Shown: piece after piece, positions 62,031-64,000 of the stretch
Position numbering within the stretch: position 1 is the stretch's first letter
Layout of the letters: each line of letters starts with the position of its first letter
Assembly: GCA_030295235.1 (NCBI GenBank)
Contig: AP026172.1
Span: forward strand, 806,001-870,000
Source of the DNA: Fistulifera solaris
Taxonomy: Eukaryota
Reading direction: 5' to 3'
DNA: 64,000 bases
Translations under genes and position numbers: made by a program
Notes under the pieces: generated by a model
The model's input: the letters and a program-made list of their open reading frames with translations, nothing else
What the model was told of the DNA's origin: nothing
The model's database searches: none

Positions 62031-63251
62031 ATGGCAAACGAGCTTATCAACAGCCCTCATTATGACGATTATGATGTTGACGACGACAATGCATCGATCG
62101 AAACGGATACGAATATCAGTGCCGTCATGTGGACGGATCCTTTGTTACCTGCTCGACAATCGACACGTCAAAGAAGAAGACAACGACGACGTTTGTTGGA
62201 TCGTCACGCGATTCGTCATGTCGAACGAGAACAGGCACGATCGACGACGGCTACAACAACGACTTCCTTTCGTCACATGCAGCAAACCGTTCATTGGTGG
62301 TGGAATGATTGGTTTCATACCTTGGCTTATCAAAGGACCACCACACTGATTACGTATCTGTTCGTTACTTACGTGACTCTCGTATTGACGTTCGCGGGTC
62401 TCTATTATACACTATCACGAACCATTGGTTGTGAAATGGATTTACACGTTCTCATGGAAGCCCTGTATTTCTCGTTAAGTACACAAGCCACCATTGGATA
62501 CGGAGTTTCCGATTATTATTTTGGAGGATGTTGGACGCCCTTTGGGTTGGTCTTGGTGCAAGTTTGGACTGCGTTGTTGTTCGATGCCATCGCGATTGGT
62601 TTGATTTTTCAACGATTGTCACGCGGACACAAGCGGGGCAAAACGGTATGGTTTTCGCGCGTTGCTTGTATTCGACGTGTCACGACTCAAGGCCATTCCC
62701 AATGGTATTTGTACATTCGATTGGGGGAAGGACGACGGCATCCTTTGATCCAAACCCAAGTCCGAGGATATTGTGTGCGACATGAACGTTACCGAGAAAC
62801 AGGGAATCATCATAACAGCGACAACACGCTGCAAACAACTCATTTTGTAACACGCCCACTTCGATGGTTAGAATCACACGTATGGATGCGTTTACCGCAA
62901 GTGCTCGTGCATGCTTTGGATGAGACATCACCGTTGGTGCCACCGAAGGACGGATGGTACGATGCTCAGGGTCATTGGCGCTCCATCAACGATTCTTCGA
63001 CATTTCCCCAATCCCTCCAAGAGTATTGGCAAGATCGACAATCGGAATTGATTGTTTTGTTGGAAGGCATTGATGCTTTGACAGGTTCGATGAGTCAGAC
63101 ACAACATTCGTACACAATGGAAAATATTGTCTGGGACGCACAGTTTGTGCCGTGTGTACGACCCGACACGAATGGTGGTTGTGTGGTGGATTTTGCGCAA
63201 TTTCATGAAACCCGGCCCGTGAATGAAGATACACCCTGTCCGTATCTATGA
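62031..63251 (+). CDS. Inward-rectifier potassium channel (Kir)
   Basis: WWWNDWFHTL, M1 helix, ALYFSLSTQATIGYG filter, M2 helix, VWFSRVACI, LVHALDETSPL, ELIVLLEGID, SY....IVW..QFVP. Confidence 0.93.
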   Translation: MANELINSPHYDDYDVDDDNASIETDTNISAVMWTDPLLPARQSTRQRRRQRRRLLDRHAIRHVEREQARSTTATTTTSFRHMQQTVHWWWNDWFHTLAYQRTTTLITYLFVTYVTLVLTFAGLYYTLSRTIGCEMDLHVLMEALYFSLSTQATIGYGVSDYYFGGCWTPFGLVLVQVWTALLFDAIAIGLIFQRLSRGHKRGKTVWFSRVACIRRVTTQGHSQWYLYIRLGEGRRHPLIQTQVRGYCVRHERYRETGNHHNSDNTLQTTHFVTRPLRWLESHVWMRLPQVLVHALDETSPLVPPKDGWYDAQGHWRSINDSSTFPQSLQEYWQDRQSELIVLLEGIDALTGSMSQTQHSYTMENIVWDAQFVPCVRPDTNGGCVVDFAQFHETRPVNEDTPCPYL

Positions 63252-63356
63252 AATAGATGAATAAATAGTGATGCAGAAATGGGTCTTTTGAATAGTCAAA
63301 GTAAAATTACTTTTTTTTAATAAAGAGCTTATATTCACTGCTTGCTTGAGCCTCAC

Positions 63357-63849
63357 CTACAAGGTTTGGATGGTAGCTTTACTCGCCGGCAAGGGTGTTT
63401 GGCAAGCTTTGACTTTGCGGCCATTGAGAAGCACCATGCTGTGGTGAGAGAGAGAGAGAGAGAACGAGAAAGTGAGCATTCGGATGACACCTTTCTTGGA
63501 GCGACACAACTCAACAACACATACCAAGTACCACAATCCCCTTTCTGACAATTGACTGGAATACGAACCCGCACTTTGTTGGCGACGACCGTCAGTTTTT
63601 GCCCCGCCACGGCTCCAGGTACGGCTTTGCCATTGACGGTGACTTGTTCATTGTATTGCGGTCCACCGGACAGCCCGGGATCTTTGGCTTTGCCCAAAGA
63701 CTCATCATTTTGAAGGCATCTTTTAAACCACCGAAAAAGTACAAAGCGGTGGTTGTTTTCGTGGTTGTGGGCACTAGGAAGGCTCCTGTCGGAGGAACGA
63801 CAACTAGAAGAAGTATGAGAAAAAGTGGCGCTAAATGTAAGCGGGTCAT
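63357..63849 (-). CDS. Small plastid 2Fe-2S ferredoxin-like protein; intron ~63438-63526, one frameshift
   Basis: Signal peptide + GAF-L; IPVNCQKGDCGTC...NGRKVKACQ. Confidence 0.85.
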
Positions 63850-64000
63850 CTTGTGTTGAAATCTGATAATTGTGGGATAATAGAGGAGAGTAAGGAGAAG
63901 GGATGTGTTACTTCGTCAAGACGGGAGATTCAAAGGAAGAATAAGGGTTGACAAGAAAGGTATGAAGGCAGATGATGATGTAACAGCGCATTCGAGAAAA

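Noticed and set aside
1362..63849. Pervasive frameshifts read as programmed frameshifting, RNA editing or mass pseudogenisation
   Set aside because: Breaks hit essential genes (SF3A2, FCF1, NCAPD3) and are mostly single-base losses in homopolymers. For example, SDR copies 1 and 3 have T5 where copy 4 has T6, and AAA-TAG at ~1860 needs an extra A rather than a Euplotes-type +1 shift. This is typical of unpolished long-read error; short-read mapping would confirm.
1..64000. tRNA, rRNA or snRNA genes; antisense ORFs overlapping the called genes
   Set aside because: No convincing RNA-gene signature by eye (tRNAscan-SE or Infernal would be needed to exclude one). Antisense ORFs are shadows of real CDSs.

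Overview
Gene-dense eukaryotic nuclear DNA from a photosynthetic stramenopile, most likely a diatom. Evidence: short GT-AG introns, bipartite signal+'AF' plastid presequences and split-box HMG proteins. About 38 protein genes are recognisable: VAC14, SF3A2, FTR catalytic chain, plastid adenylate kinase, guanine/guanosine deaminase, two HMG-box proteins, a cytochrome b5 protein, a CHORD protein, PEX12, an ACT-domain STY kinase, PsbP-like, PEPCK-like, SPOUT1, a DNL zinc finger, a glycosyltransferase, a papain protease, SirB/CbiX, NCAPD3, glutaminase, two GH125 genes, four SDRs, AAR2, FCF1, SDHAF1, YVH1-like, EMC6, two RING proteins, MAPR, a Kir channel and a ferredoxin-like protein. There is also a truncated non-LTR retrotransposon. 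Many genes are broken by single-base deletions, mostly in homopolymers; I read these as long-read assembly errors, so gene boundaries are approximate. The most unusual signals are: (1) a tandem array of ~9 covarying hairpin units at 50.3-50.6 kb; (2) three families of over-represented dispersed intergenic palindromes (TACTCCGTA, TACCWGGTA, CCANGACTG-N5-CAGTCATG); (3) a 7x UCAUAA cluster in an HMG 3' UTR; (4) a GH125 duplicate with changes concentrated in active-site motifs; (5) a ~465-bp near-identical tract shared by SDR copies 1 and 4; (6) a glutaminase-TerB-like fusion. All calls come from reading the sequence by eye; no searches were run.
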